Below, piece by piece: positions 1-11,435 of a stretch of 64,000 nt of DNA. Source of the stretch: Heterodontus francisci. Lineage: Eukaryota. Position numbers and translations under genes: made by a program. Within the stretch, counting starts at the first letter, position 1. Each line of letters opens with the position of its first letter. The notes beneath the pieces were generated by a model. It had not been told where the DNA came from. It saw only the letters and a program-made list of their open reading frames with translations, and searched no databases. Where the stretch lies: contig NC_090380.1 of the NCBI RefSeq assembly GCF_036365525.1, positions 50,501,331 through 50,565,330 of the forward strand, written 5' to 3'.

Positions 1-164
1 CTTTGAATAATATCATACAAACACTTGATGATTTCATACTAATCCCATAGAAGCACATAAGCAATGAAATGCCAACACTTGGAAAGGGTAATTTCAGGGC
101 TTTCAGTTTCAAAGAAAATATTCAAACATATCAGTAGGAACAAAGTAAGCAGAAAATTAACAGT

Positions 165-310
165 AAAAAAACAGCTGATGCCAGAAATTTAAAGCAATAA
201 ACAAAAATGCGAGAAGCATTCAGCAGGTCAGGCAGCATTTGTGGAGAGGATAGTCGAGGTTAATATTTCTGGAGTGGACTCCTTGTCAAAACAAAAGGGT
301 CCACACCCTC
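165..310 (-). mobile_element. Penelope-like element terminal fragment, degraded
   Basis: GATGCCAGAAATTTAAAGCAATAAACAAAAATGCGAGAAGCATTCAGCAGGTCAGGCAGCATTTGTGGAGAG matches the terminal sequence at 9146, 24900-24975 and 29330. Confidence 0.65.
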
Positions 311-394
311 TGCTCACTCAAAAGAATGATGATCTTGATTACTGCTCAACATCGAAACAACATATTCCTCGTGAGATTCACTCTTTAAGCAAAC

Positions 395-574
395 CTGGCA
401 TTTGACCATAAGACCAAATTTCCTATTACAGTAACTGTTCTTAACTTAGCCACATTATTTTCAGAGTTGGTGCACACAATTGGAATGAGTTCAGTGTAAA
501 AACAGATTCTCAGTGCGGTTGAATGCTCACACATAATTTGAGCAAACCATTTACTATGAGTTGGTTCAGGAGCA
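395..574 (-). other. Candidate 180-bp exon of an unidentified gene
   Basis: Long pyrimidine tract CTTTTAATCTTTTATTTCCATCTTTCTTCCAG, donor CAG/GTTTGC, phase 2-2, one open frame (APEPTHSKWFAQIMCEH...GNLVLWSNAR). No homology recognised. Confidence 0.25.
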
Positions 575-789
575 CTGGAAGAAAGATGGAAATAAAAGAT
601 TAAAAGACACGAAAGAGATGTTGTTACTCGGGATAGAGGAGTTAATGACAAGATATAAACCAGATTATGAAGAGCAAGAAATAGCTAACAGCCAGAAAGC
701 CCAGACCTACCTGCCCTTTTCATAAATCAATGCCACCTACTTACTTTCTATTCCCCTCTCGAGGCAATGCCGCAAGTTGCACCAGACTT

Positions 790-950
790 TTCACAACCTC
801 TTGGTCCTATTTGACACTGAGCTGAGCTTCCAACCCCATATCCTCTTCTTCAGAAAGGTTGCCAACATTTGCTACCATATCACCCATCTCCATTACTGCC
901 TCAATCCGTCTGCTGCTAAAACTCTTGTTGATGCATTTATCACCTCAAGG
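790..950 (+). mobile_element. L2 LINE ORF2 fragment
   Basis: LHYCLNPSAAKTLVDAFITSR parallels LHCCLSSAAAETLIHAFIISRL of the L2 at 44158-44780. Confidence 0.65.
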
Positions 951-979
951 CACAAGAACATTCAAGGGGCAAGTATAAA

Positions 980-1267
980 TTTCACAGAATGGCTGCAGTA
1001 CAGACGGAGTCCATTCTGCTCATCGAGTCTGTGCTAGGTTTTATGCAAGAGCAAGTCAGCTAGTCTCACTCCTCCATCCTTTCCCCATAGCCCCGCAAAT
1101 CTTCTCTCTTCGAGTGCTTAACCAATTCTCTTTGAAAGCCACATTGGAATCTGCCTCCACCATCCTCTCTGGCAGTGCATTCCGGATCCTAACCGCTCAC
1201 TGTGTAAAAAATTTTTCCTCATGTCACCTTTAGTTCTTTTGCTAATCACCTTAAATCAGTGTCCTTT
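980..1267 (-). mobile_element. CR1 LINE 3' fragment
   Basis: TCCACCATCCTCTCTGGCAGTGCATTCC...TGTGTAAAAAATTTTTCCTCATGTC is the reverse complement of the CR1 ORF2 end (MRKNFF..R..WNALP) seen in other copies. Confidence 0.7.
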
Positions 1268-1524
1268 AGAATTTAAAAAAAAAACATTATTTTGGTCATT
1301 GAAATTTCAGTTACTAATAAAAGGGCACACAAAACTTAACCAAAATCATTTAAATTTATTTGTTAGTTTCGTCAATAAGTTGACAAAATATTTACTGTTT
1401 AAACAGGGATTTGCCATTGCAAGTGTTTACATATGCATTTCCATTATAATTGTTACATTTTGAATTTTAATGTTAAATGTTGACTATATATACATCCACA
1501 AATATCAGCCACATTTATTAACCT

Positions 1525-2470
1525 GAGGTGATGGTGGGCCTTCACCTTGACCTACTGCAATTCTTGCGTAGATGTGGCTCCTACAGCGGTATTAGAAAAG
1601 GATTTCCTTGATATTGACCCAGTGACAATGAAGGTGGTATATGGCCAAGTCAGGATGGTCTGTGACTTGGAAAAGAACTTGGTGGTGATGGAAAACCCAA
1701 GACATTTCTACCCTATATTTCTTAATCGCACAAGTCACAGGAGGAGAAAATGCTGTTACAATAACCTTGGCGAGTTGCAACAGTGTTCCCGATACATACT
1801 GCAGCTACAGCGTGTTGGGGACGGAAGGCATGGATATTGGGGCCAGTTGCAGGGACATGGAGCAGGTGAACTGCTCAGTTTTGGATGGTGCTGAGGGTTT
1901 CTTTTTTTAACATTCTTATAGTTGCAGCCATCCAGGCAAGTGGTGACTATTTCATCACACTTAGACCTTGCGGATGTTGGAGAGATGGCGGGGTGTCAAG
2001 AAGAAAGTCATGCATTTTAAAGTACTGAGTCTTTGTAGCCATGGTGTTAATATAGCTGGTCCAATCAAGTTTCTGGTCGGGGTGATCCGCAAGGTGTTGA
2101 TGGTGGTGGACTTGATGATAGTGGTGCCTTTGAAGATCATGGAGAGATGGCTGGGCTTTCTCTTCTTCAAAATAATCATTACCTGGCACATATGTGTTAT
2201 TAATGTTACCTGACATTAGTAAGCCCCAGCCTCACTTGGGTGTTGTCCAAGTCATACTTTAGGCTGGCATCTTTTACTTCATTATTGGAGTTGTGAATGG
2301 AATCATTAGTGGTGATCAACCTCAGTACTGACCTTACAATGCTGTGAATGTCATTGATAGAGCAGCTGATGATGGTTGAACCAAGGACACCACGCCGAGG
2401 AACTCCTGCATTGATGGCCTGGGACTACAACAATTGGCCTCCAGCTACCAAAATCATCTTCCTCTGTGTC
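1525..2470 (-). mobile_element. Degraded copy of the CR1/L2-group LINE family at 49838-52564
   Basis: Minus-strand peptide DQKLDWTSYINTMATK matches DQKLNWSSHINTVATR of the 51524-52501 ORF; 3' tail remnant near 1525. Confidence 0.75.
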
Positions 2471-3582
2471 AATTTTAAGTAGGACACTAAACTCTAACAA
2501 AGATTAGGCATGTGTTGGAACTCCAATATGCTGTGTTACAGAATGCTAGAATATCGGACAGCTTCCTTCATTCTCACTGGGGCAGTGTATAAAACAAATC
2601 ATAAATATATTCTTCATAAACAGGTTTATCATTTCACTATATGTACAAGAGAGGTTCCTGCCTCTACTAACTTCTGGACTCTGCCTTGTCACTAAGTGAA
2701 AAGTATTGCCTGAAGGCCCTGCACAATCCTCAGAGTGAAGCAGGCAAAATGAGAAAGAGGTTTTGTTTGAAGCACTCTTGTAAACCTCCAAAACAGTTTT
2801 GGACAAGGTCTGTGAGCTAATCCTAATGATGGAAATAGGGATCAATTTTATGTTATGTGATATCTTCTCACTGCCTGTTCCAACTAAAAATCAAGAAGAC
2901 TTCATTCCGCTGCCCAGGCAGTAATTCAAACACTGAAACACTTAAAAAAATTTTATCTGGTTTACATAAAAATTATGACTGAATTTTAAAACATGAGGGT
3001 TGATTCATTGGAATAGTTATTCTTACCATTTCTTGTCAGATTTTAATTAAACATTTTCCAACAGTTTGATAAGGTATTAAAATATGATTCATATACAAAA
3101 ATTGTAACAAAGAATTTACTGCAATCATTTAATTATTTGTAGATGCTGAATAATATTTCTGTGTTCAGTTTTAGTGGTGTTAATGAGTTATAAAATGCTT
3201 TCATTTGTTGGATTTGGAAATTCAAAAATAAACATACACACTAGGTTATTTAAAGGTTCAACATCATAAATTAATTGGAAGGTTCTCAAGACGTACAAGA
3301 ATCATAGTCCCATTTATTTGCAGTCCTAGCACTAAAGTGCAGCAATTGATTCACCTTTGGATACATCTGTGCTCCTGTTACAAAGGACTTTGCTGCTAAC
3401 CTGGTCTCCTGCAAATGCTTGAGGCTGCAATCAGGCCTCATCTCAAGTGCAAATGGTATGAGTGGGCTGGTCAGAATTCTGAGGATACGTGAACTTGTGT
3501 GAAGTGCTAATTTTAATGATGTATTGATATCTGCTAACCATTCCTACTTTGCTTGAGCACAGAATCAACTTAGAAACACCAA

Positions 3583-3738
3583 GAGTGTAATTGTAATCGG
3601 ACCTGTCTGGCAGGAAACCGATGGGGTGCAATTGGCCACCTGTTTTACACCCTGTATAAAAATGTACAATATGTAAAATGGACAGCTGATTCCATCTAGT
3701 CAGTTTCCCACTGGGTAGCTTAGTTTAAAATTACTCCC
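3583..3738. mobile_element. Old palindromic MITE-like element
   Basis: Termini GAGTGTAATTGTAA / TTAAAATTACTCCC (11/14 inverted match); internal inverted pairs GGAAACCGA/TCAGTTTCC and TTTTACA/TGTAAAA. Confidence 0.5.
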
Positions 3739-4968
3739 AAAATGAATAGATTCTGCAATTTTGGACGATTTCCATACAGCTAAACTTTTGTTCTGATGGC
3801 TTTAGCTCTTCAAAAGAACTTGTTATGTGCAAGGCATAACAATAGTGCATTGCTGTTTCTCTAACACCAGTGCAAATTCTTCTGCCCTTACAGGATCGTG
3901 AATGCTTGCTGAGAAGCTGCTATTTGTGGATATAAAAAAATGACCAGGATAAAGTGGACAAGAGGAGTAGCACAGATAGCCTTAGGAGGACATGCAAATG
4001 GCAGATTCTATCCTACTTTTCACTGTGAGCAATGCAAGGAGAGACTTATTAATATATATGAAAACATTTTGCATATTGTAGGCATTGTAAGTATCACACT
4101 TATTTCATCTAACATTTTCCTCACCACATTATCCCCAAATTTTGCTGAAACCTTTGTAATAAGATAACTAATTAAAATAGTGAATCATCTAACTCACTGT
4201 GAGCAATGACCTGGGAATTTTTATTTATACATACACAAAATGTATTTGATATCCTGTCATGCAGAGGGGGAAATCAAAATCAAAGGGCTGATTGTAACTT
4301 TGTCTGCCAAAGTTAGAGTTGAAATGGAGGTCCTGGAATTATCATCCAATTCCTGCTCCAATGCCATTTTTCTCAATGACTTCTGCTGTGTCGCTGAGAA
4401 ACTCACTTGATATGCATAAGATCCCAGTGTCCTTGTAACAGCCTGCTGGGCAGAGCACTCACCATGGATGGTCTGCTTAGTAAAATATGTTGAACTAGCA
4501 GAATGTGCTCTCAAAATGGACCAGATCTTACCCGACAGCTCTCAAGTAGCCAAACACAAGTTGAAATCCACCTACAAGTGTCTTTAAGAGAAGTGGAGTT
4601 AGAGGACATTTAATCAAGAGCAGACAGCATTAATTCAGTCCCCATGCTAAAAATCATACTCTGTGTCTTTGCTTTTATATAATACTTTGATTTGAGGCTC
4701 TCATTTATAGTTAAGTAGCAAAAGGTATGGCAACCTGCAAAGTGGAGAAGTAAAGTTGATTGAAGTAAAGAAGTTTATTTACAGTACAGGCAGGCACAAA
4801 ACTAAGGGGGCTACAGGCAGGAGGGTGGAACAATAGGGTGACAAGTTTATATCAACAGTGTCTATAATAAATGTGGATACAGGAATTAATAATGGAAAAA
4901 ATTAAACAAAAGTGTGACAAAAACATGGCAGAGAAGTTAGGTTTTATAGATAGAATGTTTGTGCAAAT

Positions 4969-5454
4969 GAGGCGGTGGTGCAGTGGTATTGTCAGTGGAC
5001 TAGTAACCCAGAGACCCAGGGTATTTCTCTGGGGACATGGGTTCAAATCCCACCACAGCAGAAGGAGGAATTTGAATTTAATTAATAAATCTGGAATTAA
5101 AAGCTAGTCTAATGATGGTCATGAAACCATTGTCAATTGTTGTAAAAACCCATCTGGTTCACTAATGTCCTTTAGGGAAGGAAATCTGCTGTCCTTACCT
5201 GGTCTGGCCTACAAGTGACTCCAGACACACAGCAATGTGGTTGACTCTTACACGCCCTCTGAAATGGCCTAGCAAGCCACTCAGTTGTATCTAACCGCTA
5301 CAAAGTCAATAGCACTGTGGGTGTACCTACCCCACATGGACTGCGGTCGTTCAAGAAGGCAGCTCACCACCACCTTCTCAAGGGCAATTAGGGATGGACA
5401 ATAAATGCTGGCCTGGCCAGCGACACCCACATCCCATGCATGAATTTAAAAAAA
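4969..5454 (+). mobile_element. Full-length tRNA-derived SINE with LINE-derived 3' tail
   Basis: A-box-like TGGTGCAGTGGT, B box GGTTCAAATCCC (5040-5051), central body, ~145-bp tail matching the LINE end at 52418-52564, A-rich end. Confidence 0.9.
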
Positions 5455-6564
5455 GAAACATTTTAAATAAATTATATTAGCATACACACACAAGAGATAA
5501 CCAGATTTTGAGATATCAGCTCACTAATGATATGAGTACCGAGCTATGTCCAATCACCAAAACATGAAGACCTTTAACACAACGTTCACACACCAGCTTG
5601 TTTGATTTTACTTGTGATCACAGCACTATATCCTGAAGCACAGAATGCAGCCACCAAGATCAAGGGTAGCAGTATTGGTACAGCAGGACTGAATCTGGAT
5701 AATGTGTGTTGGTTCTTAGTGCTATATTGAGCAGCAGCATAATCTGTACATGGTGCTTGTTGAATGCTGATTCCAGCAGAAACCATTCCATTTTGTTACA
5801 TTGTTGCTGACAGAAAAGGGAGTAAATATTTACAGTCCATCACTCAGCACTTACTACTTGGAATGTCAAGGTGATAAATCTTATAAGGACAGTGGGACAA
5901 AATAAGTAAATTTTTAAACAACTTTAGATCAATCTCAATTGACTTCACTGAAAAAAAAACACCCACTAAAAAAATTGCTGCTAAAGTGGGAAAAGAATAT
6001 TTATAACAGTAAATTTTGGGGGTGAGGTTGCAGTGGGGAGAAATATTCACAAGGAACAATCGGGCTATAATGAAGAACCATACTAACATGGGCATTCATT
6101 TTTGAAATAATTAAGCTAAGTATGCATCCCATTTTCTCTACTTTGCTTAAGTTGAGCTTAAGGAATCCAAGGGAAACAGAAAACTCAAGAGGTTGTATTG
6201 CCTAATTCCAGATTTTCAATGCTCCCTGGCTATACTCAGAAAAATAATAGTAATATGGTGACAATATTGCAGCCAATCTTCCCTTCTACCTGCAAAGCTC
6301 ACAGTGCCCCTGCAATTCCCTTATTCCCTTATTCCTGCTTAGCATAACTGAAATTATGAACCGAATAGAGTAGGGGACTGAACCAACATATGTAGCCTGG
6401 AAATCACAGTCTCTGATAATGTATAAATGTTTGATATATTTGTACAACATTGCTTTTTCACGACTTTATACAAAGAGTTAAACTTTCATTTAAAAGGGAT
6501 AACATTTTAAGAATAAAAAGGAAGATGTGCAATTATATGGTGTCTTTCATCAGCTCAGGCATTC

Positions 6565-6750
6565 TAAAGTGCTTTACAGCTAATAAAGTACTTGTGAAGT
6601 GTAGTCACTGTTGTAATGCAGGATATGTGGCAGCCAATTTGTGCACAGCAAGCTCCCACAACCAGTGAACTAATAATTAGATAATCTGCTTCAGGGATGT
6701 TGGTTGAGGGACAAATATTGGGCAGGACTCTGGGAGAAATCCCCTGCAGA
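6565..6750 (-). mobile_element. DeuSINE-type (SacSINE1/AmnSINE1-like) fragment
   Basis: GAAGTGTAGTCACTGTTGTAATG...GGCAGCCAATTTGTGCACAGCAAGCTCCCACAA matches 45948-46260; Deu-domain label from recall. Confidence 0.75.
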
Positions 6751-6789
6751 ATAGCAGACAAAAGAATGTCATATAAAAGTGCGAATACT

Positions 6790-7181
6790 ACAGGATGAGA
6801 AGGCTGACCTATAAGGAGAATGGACCTATATTCTGTGGAATTTACGAGAATGAGAGATGACCTCATTGAAACATAAAAAAATTCTTAGAGGGCTTGACAG
6901 GGTCGATGCTGAGAGGTTGGTTCCCCTGGCTGGAGAGTCTAGATGATGGGGGTCACAGTCTCACGATAAGAGGTCAGCCATTTAGGAATGAGATGAGGAG
7001 AAATTTCTTTGCTCAGAGGGTTGTGAATCTTTGGTATTCTCTACACCAGAGGGTTGTGGATGCTCAGTTGATGAGTATACTCATGACTGAGATCGACAGA
7101 ATTTTGGGCACTCAGGGAAGTATAGGATATGGTGACAGGGTAGCATGGACAAATCCTGCTTCTATTTCTTATGTTCTTATG
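6790..7181 (+). mobile_element. CR1 LINE 3' fragment
   Basis: Encodes GHSLTIRGQPFRNEMRRNFFAQRVVNLWYSL; ends TCTTATGTTCTTATGT. Confidence 0.85.
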
Positions 7182-7184
7182 TCT

Positions 7185-7266
7185 GCTTCTTTCTTTCTTT
7201 CTTTTGGGCCTCCTTATCTCGAGAGACAATGGATACGCGCCTGGAGGTGGTCAGTGGTTTGTGAAG
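7185..7266 (-). mobile_element. RTE LINE extreme 3' fragment
   Basis: CCTCCTTATCTCGAGAGACAATGG...CGCCTGGAGGTGGTCAGTGGTTTGTGAAGC matches 41560-41620. Confidence 0.85.
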
Positions 7267-7834
7267 CTAATATTGCAAATAGTTTTTTATTGGTTAATTG
7301 ATTAAAATGATCACACAGAAATGTTTTCTTGCTTTGACATAACAAATCTCTCGCTGCCTAGCAAGGAACCAGTTTGCCGAATTGCTATTTCACTAAACAC
7401 AAAAAGGGTTACACTGCAGATTTTCAGTAAGTTCGGAGAGAACTCATAATCCTTGTTTTGCAAATGCAACAGAAAAACAGGCACATTACATTAAATTCAA
7501 GTTTGGACTTCGGCCGATGAAACATTTCTATTTTGTGACATAGGCTTTCAAAGAGGAGATACCATGGATTGTTGCTTTCCTGCCGCTCCAAGATGTCCCT
7601 CTCAAAAGCCTAAAAGTCACCTGGAGTCTAATGGTTGTTGTGGTGAGTCTGGACATTCATCGAGGTCATCCCTACAAGGAATGTTTGTGGACTTAACAGC
7701 ATAAAGAGGTTAGAATGTCCAAGTGATTCCTACAGTGAGACACTATCTCTGATGAAGATGTAAGTTCTGCACCCCATTGAAATGATGGGTGAACAAGACT
7801 GTGCAATTCACTCAGCACTAGATTTGCATGATAG

Positions 7835-8797
7835 CATAAGAAGTAGGAACAGGAGTAAACCATTCGGCCCCTTGAGCTTGCTCCACCATTGAATACGATC
7901 ATGGCTGATCTTCTACCTCAACTCCACTTTCCTGCCAACTCCCCATATCCATTGATTCCCACAGAGATCAAAATCTATCGATCTGACTCTTAAATATACT
8001 CAAGGATGGCACATACACAGCCCTCTGGGGTAGAGTATTCCAAAAATTCACAAACCTCAGGGAAGAAATTTCTCTCCATCTCAATCCTAAGTGATGGACA
8101 GCTTATCCTGAGACTGTGCCCTTGTGTTCTAGATTTCCTAGCCAGGAGAAACAACCTCTCAGTATCTACCCTGTCAAGCCCCTTCAGAATCTTGTATGTT
8201 TCAATTAGATCACTTCTCATTCATCTAAACTCCAGAGATTATAGGCCCAATTTACTCAGCCTCCCATCATAGGACAACCCTCTCATCTCAGGAACCAATT
8301 TAGTGAACCACCTCCAAGGCAAGTATAACTGTCCTTTGACCAAAACTGCACACAGAACTCTGGATGTGATTCCACCAAAGCCACTTCCTTATTCTTGTAC
8401 TCCAATCCCTTTGCAATGAAGGCCAACGTGGCATTTGCCTTCCATGTTGCACCTGCATGCTAACTTTGTGTTCCTTGTATGAGTACACCCAATTCTCTCT
8501 GAACATCAACATTTAAAAGTTTCACTCCTTTTAAAAATATTCTGCTTTTCTATTCTTACCACCAGAGTAAATAACCTCACACTTCCCTACATTATACTCC
8601 ATCTGCCACCTTGTTGCCCACTCACTTAATCTGTCTATATCTCTTTGCAGCCTCTTTGTCTCCTCCTCACAGCTTACATTCCCACCGAACACTGTCATCA
8701 GCAAACTTAAATACATTGGTCTTGGTTTCTTCATCTAAGTCATTAATATAGATTGTAAATAGCTGAGGCCCCAGCACTGATCCTTGTGGCACTCCAT
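7835..8797 (-). mobile_element. CR1 LINE, 5'-truncated ORF2 and 3' UTR
   Basis: LQRDIDRLSEWATRWQMEYNVGKCEV and MRSDLIETYKILKGLDRVD; frameshifts present. Confidence 0.9.
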
Positions 8798-9145
8798 TAA
8801 TTCAATTTCTAGGTGAAGAGTGGAAGAATATGTCCTTATCCTCCTCCATTAATTGATGGAGTGAACCACTTTGGTATTGCCAAGCTGTATTTTTCAATTT
8901 GCATTTTAAATACTATTGGACTAACCACACCACTTGAACTGCAGTTCTTTTTATATCCCAGGGTTTATACTGAATAGTCCACAATCTGTCCAAGTTAGCT
9001 ATCCATCCGAATAGGACAGAAATGGAGACTGCTTAAAAACATCACATCAGGATGCTAAAGGTACTTTAATAATAGTGATTTCCTCAGACAGTTAAAGCAA
9101 CAAGCAGGGCCTCCAGGCCTCAAGCACCAAACTTATTTTTATTCC

Positions 9146-9282
9146 TAAAAGCAAAATAATACGGATGCTGGGAATCTGAAATCAAAACAGATAGTGCTGG
9201 AAATTCTCAGCAGGTCCGACAGCATCTGTGGAGAGAGAGACAGAGTTATCGTTTCAGGTCTGTGACCTTTCATCAGAACTGA
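9146..9282 (-). mobile_element. Penelope-like terminal fragment with hammerhead-like motif
   Basis: Matches the end of the GIY-YIG-bearing element at 23930-24975; minus strand AGTT CTGATGA A AGGTC ACA GACCT GAAAC GAT AACT. Confidence 0.8.
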
Positions 9283-9421
9283 TGGGACCAGGGTGAAACT
9301 GCCAAAGCTGCATTTATTGCTCATCGCTAGTTGCACTGAGAAAGTGGTGATGGGCCTTCTCCTTATACTGTTGCAGTCCTTGTGGTGATGGAGCTCTCAC
9401 AATAGGTGTTAAATAGGAAAT

Positions 9422-10367
9422 GACGAATATATGGTAGCTAAATTTGCAGATGACACAAAGATAAGTAGGAAGATAAAAGGACATATAGAGTCTACAAAGG
9501 GATATAGATAGATTAAGTGAGTGGGCAAATATTTGGCAGATGGAGAACAATGTGGGAAAATGTGAGGTTATCCACTTTGGCAGAAAGAATAGAAAAGCAG
9601 AATATTATTTAAAAGGAGAGAGACTGTAGAATTGTGCAGTACAGAGGGATCTGAGTGTCCTGGTACATGAATCATAACAAGTTGTCTGCAGGTATAGCAA
9701 GTGATTAGGAAGGTAAATAGAATGTTGGTGTTTATTACAAGGGAAATTGAGCCTAAAAGTATGGAAATGTTGCTACAGCTGTACAGGGCCTTAGTTAGAC
9801 TGCATGTAGAATACTGTGTACAGTTTTGGTATCCTTACTTAAGAAAGGATAACATTGTATTAGAAGCAGTTCAGAGAAGGTTCACTCCACTGATTCCTGG
9901 GATGAAGGGGTTATCTTATGAGGAAAGGGTGAGCAGGTTGGACCTATACCCACTGGAGTTTAGAAGAATGAGAGGTGATCTTATTGGAACATAAGAGATC
10001 CTGAAGGACTTATCAGGGTGGATGCTGGAATAATGTTTCCTCTATGTGCAAGACTAGAACTAGGGGATACAGCTTAAAAATAAGGGATCTCCCATTTAAG
10101 ATGGGGATGAGGAGAAATTATTTCTCTCGCAGGGGCATTAATCTGTGTAATTCTCTTCCCCAGAGAGCAGTGGAGACTGGATGATTGAATAATTTCAAGG
10201 CTGAGTTAGATAGATTCTTGATTGACAAGGGAGTCAAGTGTTATGGGGGGCAGACAGGAAAGTGGAGTTGAGGCCACATTTAGATCAGCCATGATCTGAT
10301 CAAATGGCAGAGCAGGCTCGAGGAGTCGAGTGGCCTACTCCTTCTCCTAATTCAAATGTTTCTATGT
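9422..10367 (+). mobile_element. CR1 LINE, 5'-truncated
   Basis: KFADDTK RT motif; LYRALVRLHVEYCVQFWYPYLRKD...RRMRGDLI; CR1-type 3' UTR. Confidence 0.92.
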
Positions 10368-10419
10368 ACATATGTGCACATTCCAGGATACTGATCCAGC
10401 AACAATGAAGGAACAATGA

Positions 10420-10716
10420 TCAGCCTCACAGCTCCAGGGACCCTGGTTCGATTCTGGGTACTGCCTGTGCGGAGTTTGCAAGTTCTCCCTGTGTCTGCGT
10501 GGGTTTTCGCCGGGTGCTCCGGTTTCCTCCCACATCCAAAAGACTTGCAGGTGATAGGTAAATTGGCTGTTGTAAATTGCCCCGAGTGTAGGGAGGTGAT
10601 AGGGAATATGGGATTACTGTAGGGTTAGTATAAATGGGTGGTTGTTGGTCGGCACAGACTCGGTGGGCCGAAGGGCCTGTTTCAGTACTGTATCTCTAAA
10701 TAAAAAAATTAAAAAA
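10420..10716 (+). mobile_element. V-SINE (HE1-like), 5' head partly missing
   Basis: B box GGTTCGATTC; V-domain-like GGAGTTTGCAAGTTCTCCCTGTGTCTGCGTGGGTTTTCGCCGGGTGCTCCGGTTTCCTCCCACATCCAAA; CR1-like tail and A-rich end; splits an older LINE fragment. Confidence 0.88.
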
Positions 10717-10949
10717 TTGTGCCCAAGTTAGAATGGTACGCGAGACTTGGAGGTTCCGCCCATCTCCCACCAACCCCTCCCCCCTCCACCACCACCAGTC
10801 TATACTTGCCTTAATTCAGACATGGCAGGCAGGAGCCTACTTTACATTGAAAGCTTGCAATCTAACGATGCCTTTGGCATCCAATTGTCTTTTAACGTCC
10901 GAATTCGGGAAGCTCCACAGACTAATAGTCGAATCTTGGCGAGAGTTGC

Positions 10950-11435
10950 CAAGTGGCCAGAGGAAATGAGAAAGCTGAGGAGTAATTTGATACAGGTCTT
11001 TTAAGATTATGAAAGGATTCAATTGGGTGAAGTAGAATTAGGGACCATAAATACAGGACAGTTATTATTAAATCCAATAGAGAATTCTGGACAAACATCT
11101 TTACCCAGAGTGTGGCTCGAATGTAGAACTTGCTAACACTTAAGTGCCGTTAAGGAGAAACTGGATAAAAACATGAGCGAGAAAGGAATAGCTATCCCTC
11201 CCTAACAGCACTGTGGATGCACCTGTACCACATAGACTGCAGCAGTTCAAGAAGGCAGCTCACCACCACCGTCTCAAGGACAATTGGGGATTGGCAGCAA
11301 ATGCTGACCTTGTCAGAGCAGCTCATATCCCATGACTGACTAAAAAAAAGGTTGAAGAGGGGTCGGAGGAGGCTCATGTGCAGCATAAACACTGGCATTG
11401 GACTGTACTGTTTCTGTACTGTAGATTCCATGCAA
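10950..11435 (+). mobile_element. Degraded CR1 3' end interrupted by a tail fragment (11195-11350) of the second LINE family
   Basis: MRKLRSNLIQVF is CR1-like; CCTAACAGCACTGTGG...GCAGCTCACCACCACC...CCCATGA matches 52415-52550. Confidence 0.7.

Noticed and set aside
4969-5055. tRNA gene
   Set aside because: A/B boxes run into a SINE body and LINE tail, so it is a SINE head.
2546-5810. Multi-exon minus-strand gene joining segments at ~5.7, 4.55 and 2.75 kb with 395-574
   Set aside because: Phases do not chain consistently, the 5.7-kb segment has stops after its best acceptor, and no peptide is recognisable.
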